Shown here in pieces: positions 1 through 13,919 of a DNA stretch of 64,000 bases. The translations under genes and the position numbers were made by a program. The DNA is from Ranitomeya imitator (Eukaryota). The notes below the pieces were generated by a model. It saw only the letters and a program-made list of their open reading frames with translations. It did no database searches and was not told the DNA's origin. Location of the stretch: positions 8,494,001-8,558,000 of the forward strand of contig NC_091289.1 in NCBI RefSeq assembly GCF_032444005.1, given 5' to 3'. The stretch's first letter is position 1. Every line of letters starts with the position of its first letter.

Positions 1-3000
1 TTCTTGTACATAGGGAGCAGTATTATAGTAGTTATATTCTTGTACATAGGGAGCAGTATTATAGTAGTTATATTCTTGTACATAGGGTCAGTATTATAGT
101 AGTTATATTCTTATACATAGGGGAAGAATTATAGTAGTTATATTCTTGTATATAGAGGCAGTATTATAGTAGTTATATTCTTGTACATAGGAGCAGTTTT
201 ATAGTAGTTATATTCTTGTACATAGGGGCAGTATTATAGTAGTTATATTCTTGTACATAGGAGCAGAATTATAGTAGTTATATTCTTGTACATAGGGGCA
301 GTATTATAGTAGTTATATTCTTGTACATAGGAGCAGTATTATAGTAGTTATATTCTTGTACATAGGGGCAGTATTATAATAGTTATATTCTTGTACATAG
401 GAGCAGTATTATAATAGTTATATTCTTGTACATAGGAGCAGTATTATAATAGTTATATTCTTGTACATAGGGGCAGTATTATAATAGTTATATTCTTGTA
501 CATAGGAGCAGTATTATAGTAGTTATATTCTTGTACATAGGAGCAGTATTATAGTAGTTATATTCTTGTACATAGGAGCAGTATTATAGTAGTTATATTC
601 CTGTACATAGGAGCAGTATTATAGTAGTTATATTCTTGTACATAGGGGCAGTATTATAGTAGTTATATTCTTGTACATAGGAGCAGTATTATAATAGTTA
701 TATTCTTGTACATAGGAGCAGTATTATAGTAGTTATATTCTTGTACATAGGAGCAGTATTATAGTAGTTATATTCTTGTACATAGGAGCAGTATTATAAT
801 AGTTATATTCTTGTACATAGGGGCAGTATTATAGTAGTTATATTCTTGTACATAGGAGCAGTTTTATAGTAGTTATATTCTTGTACATAGGAGCAGTATT
901 ATAGTAGTTATATTCTTGTACATAGGAGCAGTATTATAATAGTTATATTCTTGTACATAGGGGCAGTATTATAGTAGTTATATTCTTGTACATAGGAGCA
1001 GAATTATAGTAGTTATATTCTTGTACATAGAGGCAGTATTATAGTAGTTATATTCTTGTACATAGGAGCAGTATTATAGTAGTTATATTCTTGTACATAG
1101 GGGCAGTATTATAGTAGTTATATTCTTGTACATAGGAGCAGTATTATAATAGTTATATTCTTGTACATAGGAGCAGTATTATAGTAGTTATATTCTTGTA
1201 CATAGGAGCAGTATTATAGTAGTTATATTCTTGTACATAGGAGCAGTATTATAGTAGTTATATTCTTGTACATAGGAGCAGTATTATAGTAGTTATATTC
1301 TTGTATATAGGGACAGTATTATAGTAGTTATATTCTTGTACATAGGGGCAGTATTATAGTAGTTATATTGTTGTACATAGGAGCAGTATTATAGTAGTTA
1401 TATTCTTGTACATAGGGGCAGTATTATAGTAGTTATATTCTTGTACATAGGAGCAGTATTATAATAGTTATATTCTTGTACATAGGAGCAGTATTATAGT
1501 AGTTATATTCTTATACATAGGGAGCAGTATTATAGTAGTTATATTCTTGTACATAGGAGCAGTATTATAGTAGTTATATTATTGTATATAGAGGCAGTAT
1601 TATAGTAGTTATATTCTTGTACATAGGAGCAGTTTTATAGTAGTTATATTCTTGTACATAGGGGCAGTATTATAGTAGTTATATTCTTGTATATAGGAAG
1701 CAGTATTATAGTAGTTATATTCTTGTACATAGGAGCAGTATTATAGTAGTTATATTCTTGTACATAGGGGCAGTATTATAGTAGTTATATTCTTATACAT
1801 AGGAGCAGTATTATAGTAGCTTTATTCTTGCACATAGGGGCAGTATTATAGTAGTTATATTATTGTACATAGGAGCAGTATTATAATAGTTATATTCTTG
1901 TACATAGGGGCAGTATTATAGTAGTTATATTCTTATACATAGGGGCAGTATTATAGTAGTTATATTCTTGTACATAGGGAGCAGTATTATAGTAGTTATA
2001 TTCTTGTACATGATAGGGAGCAGTATTATAATAGTTATATTCTTGTACATAGGAGCAGTATTATAATAGTTATATTCTTGTACATAGGAGCAGTATTATA
2101 GTAGTTATATTCTTGTACATAGGGGCAGTATTATAGTAGTTATATTCTTGTACATAGGGAGCAGTATTATAGTAGTTATATTCTTGTACATAGGGAGCAG
2201 TATTATAATAGTTATATTCTTGTACATAGGAGCAGTATTATAGTAGTTATATTCTTGTACATAGGGAGCAGTATTATAATAGTTATATTCTTGTACATAG
2301 GAGCAGTATTATAGTAGTTATATTCTTGTACATAGGGGCAGTATTATAGTAGTTATATTCTTGTACATAGGGAGCAGTATTATAATAGTTATATTCTTGT
2401 ACATAGGAGCAGTATTATAGTAGTTATATTCTTGTACATAGGGGCAGTATTATAGTAGTTAGATTCTTGTACATAGGGAGCAGTATTATAGTAGTTATAT
2501 TCTTGTACATAGGGGCAGTATTATAGTAGTTATGTTCTTGTACATAGGGGCAGTATTATAGTAGTTAGATTCTTGTACATAGGGAGCAGTATTATAGTAG
2601 TTATATTCTTGTACATAGGGAGCAGTATTATAGTAGTTATATTCTTGTATATAGGAGTAGTATTATAGTAGTTATATTCTTGTACATAGGAGCAGTATTA
2701 TAGTAGTTATATTCTTGTATATAGGAGTAGTATTATAGTAGTTATATTCTTGTACATAGGAGCAGTATTATAGTAGTTATATTCTTGTACATAGGGGCAG
2801 TATTATAGTAGTTATATTCTTGTACATAGGGGCAGTATTATAGTAGTTATATTCTTGTACATAGGGAGCAGTATTATAATAGTTATATTCTTGTACATAG
2901 GAGCAGTATTATAGTAGTTATATTCTTGTACATAGGGGCAGTATTATAGTAGTTAGATTCTTGTACATAGGGAGCAGTATTATAGTAGTTATATTCCTGT

Positions 3001-3673
3001 ACATAGGGGCAGTATTATAGTAGTTATGTTCTTGTACATAGGAGCAGTATTATAATAGTTATATTCTTGTACATAGGAGCAGTATTATAGTAGTTATATT
3101 CTTGTACATAGGGGCAGTATTATAGTAGTTAGATTCTTGTACATAGGGAGCAGTATTATAGTAGTTATATTCTTGTACATAGGGAGCAGTATTATAGTAG
3201 TTATATTCTTGTATATAGGAGTAGTATTATAGTAGTTATATTCTTGTACATAGGAGCAGTATTATAGTAGTTATATTCTTGTATATAGGAGTAGTATTAT
3301 AGTAGTTATATTCTTGTACATAGGAGCAGTATTATAGTAGTTATATTCTTGTACATAGGGGCAGTATTATAGTAGTTATATTCTTGTACATAGGGAGCAG
3401 TATTATAGTAGTTATATTCTTGTACATAGGGAGCAGTATTATAATAGTTATATTCTTGTACATAGGAGCAGTATTATAGTAGTTATATTCTTGTACATAG
3501 GGGCAGTATTATAGTAGTTAGATTCTTGTACATAGGGAGCAGTATTATAGTAGTTATATTCCTGTACATAGGGGCAGTATTATAGTAGTTATGTTCTTGT
3601 ACATAGGAGCAGTATTATAGTAGTTATATTCCTGTACATAGGGGCAGTATTATAGTAGTTATGTTCTTGTACA
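1..3673. repeat. 35-bp AT-rich minisatellite (gcagtattatagtagttatattcttgtacatagga/g), >100 copies, in intron 8 of paralog D; continues past the window edge
   Basis: Period of 35 (34-36) is directly visible. Confidence 0.97.
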
Positions 3674-3700
3674 ATACTCTGTAATTACTCCATCATTCAC

Positions 3701-5758
3701 CTTTTTCTGCCACTCCCTGAACACGCTGGACACCTCTTGTTTCTGGATTTTTGGCGGCTGCTGCAGGAACATCGACATCTGAACTGTGGAGGAATTGAGA
3801 GCTTTTATAAGATAATCAATAAAAATAGAAATAAAAGTGCTAACATTTTGGACCTTACCTGTCCCGATCCCCCACATCTTGAGCATTTACAGCGTCCACG
3901 ACCTCCACATTTGTGACATGTCTGCAACAATTTATCACAAAGTCACAGATTCAACGTTTAGAACCAATAATTCTTAAAGGGCCCATTGGAATCTTCCTTT
4001 CCCCATTTGTTACACGGTATCATTATTCCACACATCCCCCAATAGTCACACGTCACTTTCTGACTATACAGTTAGGGATCCTGCTGTTTCTGTCTTTATA
4101 GTGTTTTTTGTTACAGGAAATAAATTATAACTTTTGTATTCTGACATCATCGATGACACGAGCGGCTTTAATGGAAAACTTGTAATTCATTATATATAGA
4201 AATACTCAGCACAACGTCCGTTCACCTTTATTTCTCCAGATCGAGGAAGCGGAAGTTTCTTTGACCCTTCATGAAACATTTTTGGGGCACAGACATCAAT
4301 ATCCCAGAGCTGCGGGACGAGTTCTCTGTGTGGAGCGTCGATCCGCTGACCTGCAGGTGTAAGGACTGTGAAATGTAACCTGCGCCTGCAACATGTGCGC
4401 GACATAATCACGGCTGGCGCTAGGAGCACGCACCGGTGTACGGCCTGCAGAGCTTCTCGATGTGTCTGGTCTCAGCGAACGTCTCCAGTCTGTACTGAAA
4501 TAAGGGGAAATAGAACCGATCAACTAATGGAAGGAGAGGTCCAAGGCTGTGTGCACACCTTCCGGATTTTTCACTTTTTTTTGCTATAAAAATGCGCTAA
4601 AAATGCATAAAAAACGGATACATATGCATCCTATCATTTATAATGCATTCCGCAATTTTTTTTGCACATGTTGCGCTTTTTTTTTCCGTGAAAAAATCGC
4701 ATCGCGGTAAAAAACGTACCATGTTCATTAATTTTGCGGATTTTTTGTGGATTTCCCACTATATTATTGCATTGGGAACCTCCGAAAAAATCCGCAAAAA
4801 ATCTGCAAAAAAAACGTGCAAAAAAACACATGCGGATTTCTTACAGAAAATGTCCAGTTTTGTACAGGAAATTTCTGCAAGAAATCCTGACCTGTGCACA
4901 TAACCTAAGAGGTCCATACACATCCAGAGCTGCATGTTTATGCTCTACTCACAACCAGAGCTGCATGTTTATGCTCTACTCACAACCAGAGCTGCATATT
5001 TATGCTCTACTCACATCCAGAGCTGCATGTTTATGCTCTACTCACAACCAGAGCTGCATGTTTATGCTCTACTCACATCCAGAGCTGCATGTTTATGCTC
5101 TACTCACAACCAGAGCTGCATGTTTATGCTCTACTCACATCCAGAGCTGCATGCTCATGCTCTACTCACATCCAGAGCTGCATGTTTATGCTCTACTCAC
5201 ATCCCAAGCTGCATGTTTATGCTCTAGTCACATCCCTAGCTGCATGTTTATGCTCTAGTCACATCACGAGCTGCATATTTATGCTCTGGATGTGACTGGA
5301 GGATCACTGTTGTTTTGCTGATTTTGGACTCACTCTGTAGACCGGCATTTGTGTTAACCTCTCGACCACCGGCTCTTCTCTTCTGGGTCTGCAGCAGCAG
5401 AATGAGGACCAGACATATTTCCGCACAGCGTCCCTCGCTGCTTCCTTTGGGATCAACACGACATTTCTAGATAAGAAGGAGACAGGTCGTCGGGTTCTGG
5501 ATTCGGAAGAGACTAAGTAATCGTGAGGGACCAGATAGAGGACAACCAAGGAGACCCTCACCTGTAATCCTGGCGGTCTCTGGGAGATGTGTCACGTGGG
5601 GCACAAGAGTCACTAAAGTCAGAGGTTCCTATAGAAAGAGAACATAGAAGATCAATGTCAGACTCCGGGCCACGACATAGCGACATGAACGGATTCACCT
5701 CTGCCTCTATATAATGATACACCGGGAAGGTCAGTAACTGAATAATCAGGAGTGGCTT
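3701..5758 (-). CDS. SSUH2: SSUH2 homolog, paralog D, partial (exons 2-8; 3' exons beyond the left edge, first exon not located)
   Basis: Exons: 5758(or 5762)-5699, 5628-5562, 5466-5334, 4494-4434, 4350-4226, 3921-3859, 3783-3701; GT-AG, phases continuous. Peptides include EAARDAVRKYVWSSFCCC, YRLETFAETR, VPQLWDIDVCAPKMFHEGSKKLPLPRSGEIK, TCHKCGGRGRCKCSRCGGSG, KRCPACSGSGRK. Confidence 0.88.
4545..4905. mobile_element. Harbinger-type MITE (older)
   Basis: Ends ggctgtgtgcaca / tgtgcacataacc; internal cggatttt/aaaatccg palindromic motifs. Confidence 0.7.
4913..5301. repeat. 31-bp minisatellite (catccagagctgcatgtttatgctctactca, about 12 copies) within a palindromic MITE-like element
   Basis: Period 31; right end atgctctggatgtgactggag is the inverted complement of the unit start cacatccagagc. 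Confidence 0.9.
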
Positions 5759-6207
5759 CTATCTGGGCATAGAAAACTAGTGTATAGCTCCAAACATAGA
5801 CATATAGGAAGTGCGGCCCACCGGGGAATTCTCCTGTTACCCTATGGGCCAGTCCGAGTCTGTATAAGACAACTAGGATATGGGAGGATATGAGAGGATA
5901 GCTGTGCACAATTTCCACTCTGCTGAATAGGCTGAGATGTAGATCCAGGTAGGATATGACAGAAAAGTGGTGGTCGCAGTCTATTCAGCAACGCGGAAAT
6001 TGTCCACAGATATCCTCTGACCTTTATGCTAAACGGTCACTTGCTGACCCGTGGATCGGTTGATACCCATAATCTGTGCCTTAATAACGAATACATCAGG
6101 TTACTGTAATCTGATAACAACTACACTGTGTCTATCGGATAAGACCATATTTGCGCTATTTTCTCAAGGACTGAGATGTATGATTTACAGAGAATTATCG
6201 ATTCTAC

Positions 6208-9200
6208 GCAGACAGGATCTTATCATGTATCTCTGTATCCAGGGAGCTCCCCCTAGTGGTGACTGCAGACAGGATCTTATCATGTATCTCTGTATACAGG
6301 GAGCTCCCCCTAGTGGTGACTGCAGACAGGATCTTATCATGTATCTCTGTATACAGGGAGCTCCCCCTAGTGGTGACTGCAGACAGGATATTATCATGTA
6401 TCTCTGTATACAGGGAGCTCCCCCTAGTGGTGGCTGCAGACAGGATCTTATCATATATCTCTATATACAGGGAGCTCCCCCTAGTGGTGGCTGCAGACAG
6501 GATCTTATCATGTATCTCTGTATACAGGGAGCTCCCCCTAGTGGTGGCTGCAGACAGGATCTTATCATGTGTCTCTGTATACAGGGAGCTCCCCCTAGTG
6601 GTGGCTGCAGACAGGATCTTATCATGTATCTCTATATACAGCGAGCTCCCCCTAGTGGTGGCTGCAGACAGGATCTTATGTATCTCTGTATACAGGGAGC
6701 TCCCCCTAGTGGTGGCTGCAGACAGGATCTTATCATGTATCTCTGTATACAGGGAGCTCCCCCTAGTGGTGGCTGCAGACAGGATCTTATGTATCTCTGT
6801 ATACAGGGAGCTCCCCCTAGTGGTGGCTGCAGACAGAATCTTATCATGTATCTCTGTATACAGGGAGCTCCCCCTAGTGGTGGCTGCAGACAGGATCTTA
6901 TCATGTATCTCTGTATACAGGGAGCTCCCCCTAGTGGTGGCTGCAGACAGGATCTTATCATGTATCTCTGTATACAGGAAGCTCCCCCTAGTGGTGGCTG
7001 CAGACAGGATCTTATGTATCTCTGTATACAGGGAGCTCCCCCTAGTGGTGGCTGCAGACAGAATCTTATCATGTATCTCTGTATACAGGGAGCTCCCCCT
7101 AGTGGTGGCTGCAGACAGGATCTTATCATGTATCTCTGTATACAGGGAGCTCCCCCTAGTGGTGGCTGCAGACAGGATCTTATCATGTATCTCTATATAC
7201 AGCGAGCTCCCCCTAGTGGTGGCTGCAGACAGGATCTTATGTATCTCTGTATACAGGGAGCTCCCCCTAGTGGTGGCTGCAGACAGGATTTTATCATGTA
7301 TCTCTGTATACAGGGAGCTCCCCCTAGTGGTGGCTGCAGACAGGATCTTATGTATCTCTGTATACAGGGAGCTCCCCCTAGTGGTGGCTGCAGACAGAAT
7401 CTTATCATGTATCTCTATATACAGGGAGCTCCCCCTAGTGGTGGCTGCAGACAGGATCTTATCATGTATCTCTGTATACAGGGAGCTCCCCCTAGTGGTG
7501 GCTGCAGACAGGATCTTATCATGTATCTCTGTATACAGGGAGCTCCCCCTAGTGGTGGCTGCAGACAGGATCTTATCATGTATCTCTATATACAGGGAGC
7601 TCCCCCTAGTGGTGGCTGCAGACAGGATCTTATCATGTATCTCTGTATACAGGGAGCTTCCCCTAGTGGTGGCTGTAGACAGGATCTTATCATGTATCTC
7701 TGTATACAGGGAGCTCCCCCTAGTGGTGGCTGCAGACAGTATCTTATGTATCTCTGTATACAGGGAGCTCCCCCTAGTGGTGGCTGCAGACAGGATCTTA
7801 TCATGTGTCTCTGTATACAGGGAGCTCCCCCTAGTGGTGACTGCAGACAGGATCTTATCATGTATCTCTGTATACAGGGAGCTCCCCCTAGTGGTGGCTG
7901 CAGACAGGATCTTATCATGTATCTCTGTATACAGGGAGCTCCCCCTAGTGGTGGCTGCAGACAGGATCTTATCATGTATCTCTGTATACAGGGAGCTCCC
8001 CCTAGTGGTGACTGCAGACAGGATCTTATCATGTATCTCTGTATACAGGGAGCTCGCCCTAATGGTGGCTGCAGACAGGATCTTATCATGTATCTCTGTA
8101 TACAGGGAGCTCCCCCTAGTGGGGGCTGCAGACACAATCTGATCCTGTATCTCTGTATACAGGGAGCTCCCCCTAGTGGTGGCTGCAGACAGGATCTTAT
8201 CATGTATCTCTGTATACAGGGAGCTCCCCCTAGTGGTGGCTGCAGACAGGATCTTATCATGTATCTCTGTATACAATGAGCTCCCCCTAGTGGTGACTGC
8301 AGACAGGATCTTATCATGTATCTCTATATACAGGGAGCTCCCCCTAGTGATTGCTGCAGACAGGATCTTATCATGTATCTCTGTATACAGGGAGCTCCCC
8401 CTAGTGGTGACTGCAGACAGGATCTTATCATGTATCTCTGTATACAGGGAGCTCCCCCTAGTGGTGACTGCAGACAGGATCTTATCATGTATCTCTGTAT
8501 ACAGGGAGCTCCCTCTAGTGGTGGCTGCAGACAGGATCTTATCATGTATCTCTGTATACAGGGAGCTCCCCCTAGTGGTGGCTGCAGACAGGCTCTTATC
8601 ATGTATCTGTATACAGGGAACTCCCCCTAGTGGTGGCTGCAGACAGGATCTTATCATGTATCTCTATATACAGGGAGCTCCCCTTAGTGGTGGCTGCAGA
8701 CAGGATCTTATGTATCTCTGTATACAGGGAGCTCCCCCTAGTGGTGGCTGCAGACAGGATCTTATCATGTATCTCTATATACAGGGAGCTCCCCCTAGTG
8801 GTGACTGCAGACAGGATCTTATCATGTATCTCTGTATACAGGGAGCTCCCCCTAGTGGTGGCTGCAGACAGCATCTTATCATGTATCTCTATATACAGGG
8901 CGCTCCCCCTAGTGGTGGCTGCAGTCAGGATCTTATCATGTACCTCTGTATACAGGGAGCTCCCCCTAGTGGTGACTGCAGACAGGATCTTATCATGTAT
9001 CTCTGTATACAGGGAGCTCCCCCTAGTGGTGTCTGCAGACAGGATCATATCATGTATCTCTGTATACAGGGAGCTCCCCCTAGTGGTGACTGCAGACAGG
9101 ATCATATCATGTATCTCTGTATATAGGGAGCTCCCCCTAGTGGTGGCTGCAGACAGGATCTTATCATGTACCTCTGTATACAGGGAGCTCCCCCCAGTGG

Positions 9201-12200
9201 TGGGTGCAGACAGGAACTTATCATGTATCTCTGTATACAGGGAGCTCCCCCTAGTGGTGACTGCAGACAGGATCATATCATGTATCTCTGTATATAGGGA
9301 GCTCCCCCTAGTGGTGGCTGCAGACAGGATCTTATCATGTATCTCTGTATACAGGGAGCTCCCCCTAGTGGTGACTGTAGACAGGATCTTATCATGTATC
9401 TCTGTATGCAGGGAGCTCCCCCTAGTGGTGACTGTAGACAGGATCTTATCATGTATCTTTGTATACAGGGAGCTCCCCCTAGTGGTGACTGTAGACAGGA
9501 TATTATCATGTATCTCTGTATACCCTAGTGGTGGCTGCAGACAGGATCTTATCATGTATCTCTGTATACAGGGAGCTCCCCCTAGTGGTGGCTGCAGACA
9601 GGATCTTATCATGTATCTCTATATACAGCGAGCTCCCCCTAGTGGTGGCTGCAGACAGGATCTTATGTATCTCTGTATACAGGGAGCTCCCCCTAGTGGT
9701 GGCTGCAGACAGGATTTTATCATGTATCTCTGTATACAGGGAGCTCCCCCTAGTGGTGGCTGCAGACAGGATCTTATGTATCTCTGTATACAGGGAGCTC
9801 CCCCTAGTGGTGGCTGCAGACAGAATCTTATCATGTATCTCTGTATACAGGGAGCTCCCCCTAGTGGTGGCTGCAGACAGGATCTTATCATGTATCTCTG
9901 TATACAGGGAGCTCCTCCTAGTGGTGGCTGCAGACAGGATCTTATCATGTATCTCTGTATACAGGGAGCTCCCCCTAGTGGTGGCTGCAGACAGGATCTT
10001 ATCATGTATCTCTATATACAGGGAGCTCCCCCTAGTGGTGGCTGCAGACAGGATCTTATCATGTATCTCTGTATACAGGGAGCTTCCCCTAGTGGTGGCT
10101 GTAGACAGGATCTTATCATGTATCTCTGTATACAGGGAGCTCCCCCTAGTGGTGGCTGCAGACAGTATCTTATGTATCTCTGTATACAGGGAGCTCCCCC
10201 TAGTGGTGGCTGCAGACAGGATCTTATCATGTGTCTCTGTATACAGGGAGCTCCCCCTAGTGGTGACTGCAGACAGGATCTTATCATGTATCTCTGTATA
10301 CAGGGAGCTCCCCCTAGTGGTGGCTGCAGACAGGATCTTATCATGTATCTCTGTATACAGGGAGCTCCCCCTAGTGGTGGCTGCAGACAGGATCTTATCA
10401 TGTATCTCTGTATACAGGGAGCTCCCCCTAGTGGTGACTGCAGACAGGATCTTATCATGTATCTCTGTATACAGGGAGCTCCCCCTAATGGTGGCTGCAG
10501 AGAGGATCTTATCATGTATCTCTGTATACAGGGAGCTCCCCCTAGTGGGGGCTGCAGACACAATCTGATCCTGTATCTCTGTATACAGGGAGCTCCCCCT
10601 AGTGGTGGCTGCAGACAGGATCTTATCATGTATCTCTGTATACAGGGAGCTCCCCCTAGTGGTGGCTGCAGACAGGATCTTATCATGTATCTCTGTATAC
10701 AATGAGCTCCCCCTAGTGGTGACTGCAGACAGGATCTTATCATGTATCTCTATATACAGGGAGCTCCCCCTAGTGGTGACTGCAGACAGGATCTTATCAT
10801 GTATCTCTGTATACAGGGAGCTCCCCCTAGTGGTGACTGCAGACAGGATCTTATCATGTATCTCTGTATACAGGGAGCTCCCCCTAGTGGTGACTGCAGA
10901 CAGGATCTTATCATGTATCTCTGTATACAGGGAGCTCCCTCTAGTGGTGGCTGCAGACAGGATCTTATCATGTATCTCTGTATACAGGGAGCTCCCCCTA
11001 GTGGTGGCTGCAGACAGGCTCTTATCATGTATCTGTATACAGGGAACTCCCCCTAGTGGTGGCTGCAGACAGGATCTTATCATGTATCTCTATATACAGG
11101 GAGCTCCCCTTAGTGGTGGCTGCAGACAGGATCTTATGTATCTCTGTATACAGGGAGCTCCCCCTAGTGGTGGCTGCAGACAGGATCTTATCATGTATCT
11201 CTATATACAGGGAGCTCCCCCTAGTGGTGACTGCAGACAGGATCTTATCATGTATCTCTGTATACAGGGAGCTCCCCCTAGTGGTGGCTGCAGACAGCAT
11301 CTTATCATGTATCTCTATATACAGGGCGCTCCCCCTAGTGGTGGCTGCAGTCAGGATCTTATCATGTACCTCTGTATACAGGGAGCTCCCCCCAGTGGTG
11401 GGTGCAGACAGGAACTTATCATGTATCTCTGTATACAGGGAGCTCCCCCTAGTGGTGACTGCAGACAGGATCATATCATGTATCTCTGTATATAGGGAGC
11501 TCCCCCTAGTGGTGGCTGCAGACAGGATCTTATCATGTATCTCTGTATACAGGGAGCTCCCCCTAGTGGTGACTGTAGACAGGATCTTATCATGTATCTC
11601 TGTATGCAGGGAGCTCCCCCTAGTGGTGACTGTAGACAGGATCTTATCATGTATCTTTGTATACAGGGAGCTCCCCCTAGTGGTGACTGTAGACAGGATA
11701 TTATCATGTATCTCTGTATACCCTAGTGGTGGCTGCAGACAGGATCTTATCATGTATCTCTGTGTACAGGGAGCTCCCCCTAGTGGTGACTGCAGACAGG
11801 ATTTCATCATGTATCTCTATACAGGGAGCTCCCCCTAGTGGTGACTGCAGACAGGATCTTATCATGTATCTCTGTATACAGGGAGCTTCCCCTAGTGGTG
11901 GCTGCAGACAGGATCTCATCATGCATCTCTGTATACAGGGAGCTCCCCCTAGTGGTGACTGCAGACAGGATCTCATCATGTTTCTCTATACAGGGAGCTC
12001 CCCCTAGTGGTGGCTGCAGACAGGATCTTATCATGTATCTCTGTATACAGGGAGCTCCCCCTAGTGGTGGCTGCAGACAGGATCTTATCATGTATCTCTG
12101 TATACAGGGAGCTCCCCCTAGTGGTGGCTGCAGACAGGATCTTATCATGTATCTCTGTATACAGGGAGCTCCCCCTAGTGGTGGCTGCAGACAGGATCTT

Positions 12201-12359
12201 ATCATGTATCTCTGTATACAGGGAGCTCCCCCTAGTGGTGGCTGCAGACAGGATCTTATGTATCTCTGTATACAGGGAGCTCCCCCTAGTGGTGGCTGCA
12301 GACAGGATCTTATGTATCTCTGTATACAGGGAGCTCCCCCTAGTGGTGACTGCAGACAG
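6208..12359. repeat. 57-bp minisatellite (54-bp variants), about 108 copies: gcagacaggatcttatcatgtatctctgtatacagggagctccccctagtggtggct
   Basis: Period 57 equals the 19-aa repeats in the ORF track. Confidence 0.97.
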
Positions 12360-13665
12360 TTGTGTCACAGAACAGATGGGAAGCAGTTCAGTTCCGTATT
12401 CTTTCCCTCCATGGACCCCATAGCAGTCACATTTTATGGCTCTATAGTAAGTCAATATTCTTCTATGTAGCACAGGGATACAAGAGAATGTAGCTATAAG
12501 AGCTTTGCCCCCGTTACCCACCTTGCTCCATGCAGATGTTTCCGGGGTCACATCCAGGAGGTCAGTAACGGGTTGTCGGCTCCTGAGGCTGCGCCATTAT
12601 TAGAACAAACACTGAGAGTTGTGGATCCTTCAGACATTGTGCGACACCACAGCCGGCTCCACAGGTAGCGCAGAGAGTCAGGTCATGTCCCGCTTGGAGC
12701 CTGGACACAGTGCTCGGGGGGAACCACGCGGCCGGCACCTCTATGGGGCATGCCCCGGGGATGGGGCGCAGTATTAAGGCCCCTTGGGACGGGCAGACAA
12801 TGGCGTGTAAAATCTGCTCCGATTGTGATAAGAGGAGCGCGGCGCGGCCTCACGGAGATGGATTGTACTGCGCTAAATATAGGGCGGCTGAAGTAACCGC
12901 TCCATTGTTAGGGGGCGTCACTTACACTACAGCAATAGATAAGATCGAGGGGCCGGCAGGACCTGAGCGGCCGCTATTTATGTGTCTGGGAAAGCTGGGT
13001 ATCGAATCCTGGGAAAGCTGGGACTTCTCTGCATTCATAGCGGTGTGACAACAGTAATATTAGCATTCAGCTTATAATTAGACAATTAATATTTTAGATC
13101 CAGATGTAGAAGTGTTCAGTATTTCCCTATGTATTATCAGGGCAAGCTGGGACTTGTAGTTCCACTGGAGAGCACTGGCCACACCGCACAAGTCTCCAGG
13201 GTCATCTGCACACAATGAAGCAGTGGGTGGCGGCACATGTTATTGTGCGGTGCTGGGTGTGGCGGTTGTATTGTGTCCATTACTTCTTGTTATGACAAAT
13301 ATTAAAAGTGAAGGAAACAAAACTAAACTAAGAAAATACTCAGGAAGCCCCGACCGCTCCGCCTCTGTCCCCCGCACTAATTATGGGGGCAATGCGTCCA
13401 TGGCACAAGTGATGGCGCGCACTGTTTTCACACTATAGGTTGTGTACATTGTTACTTTATGGACAGATGTAGCAGAGCAGAGTTTGTCACTTGGCATTGT
13501 CAGCTGCACTTTCTCTCTTAAAAACTTGCATCTCATATTGAGGCGAGTGCGGGGCTTGTTTTGGCAGGATGAACAATGTTGCATGTGAACACAGCCCAAT
13601 GGGGAACCAATGTAACACCACCTGCCACCTTGTGGTCATTGTCTAAACTACGGGCAAATTATATA

Positions 13666-13671
13666 TTTATT
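13666..13671 (-). terminator. putative polyadenylation signal AATAAA of paralog C
   Basis: tttatt on + about 250 nt downstream of the stop codon at 13920. Confidence 0.5.
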
Positions 13672-13919
13672 TTTAATATAAACCCACATATAACAGGAAG
13701 AATACAAACTTTAATAATTATGTAATTTACCATTACAGAGAACAGTATAAAAACACATTTATAAAATTAAGCTTTTTAAGAACACAACTCTTTGCACACT
13801 TTCTCGGGTTGTGGATTTTCTCTTCTCTTTGCTCAGGTGAGTGAAAAATTATTTAACTATTAAGTTATTACAAAAGATGGTGTTTAGGGGGGTGTAACAA
13901 CGTGATTGATCCAGGGAGG

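Noticed and set aside
6051-12551. Very long ORFs (up to 817 aa) on both strands
   Set aside because: They are translations of a 57/54-bp tandem repeat whose length is a multiple of 3 and which lacks stops in several frames; there is no splice, domain or codon evidence
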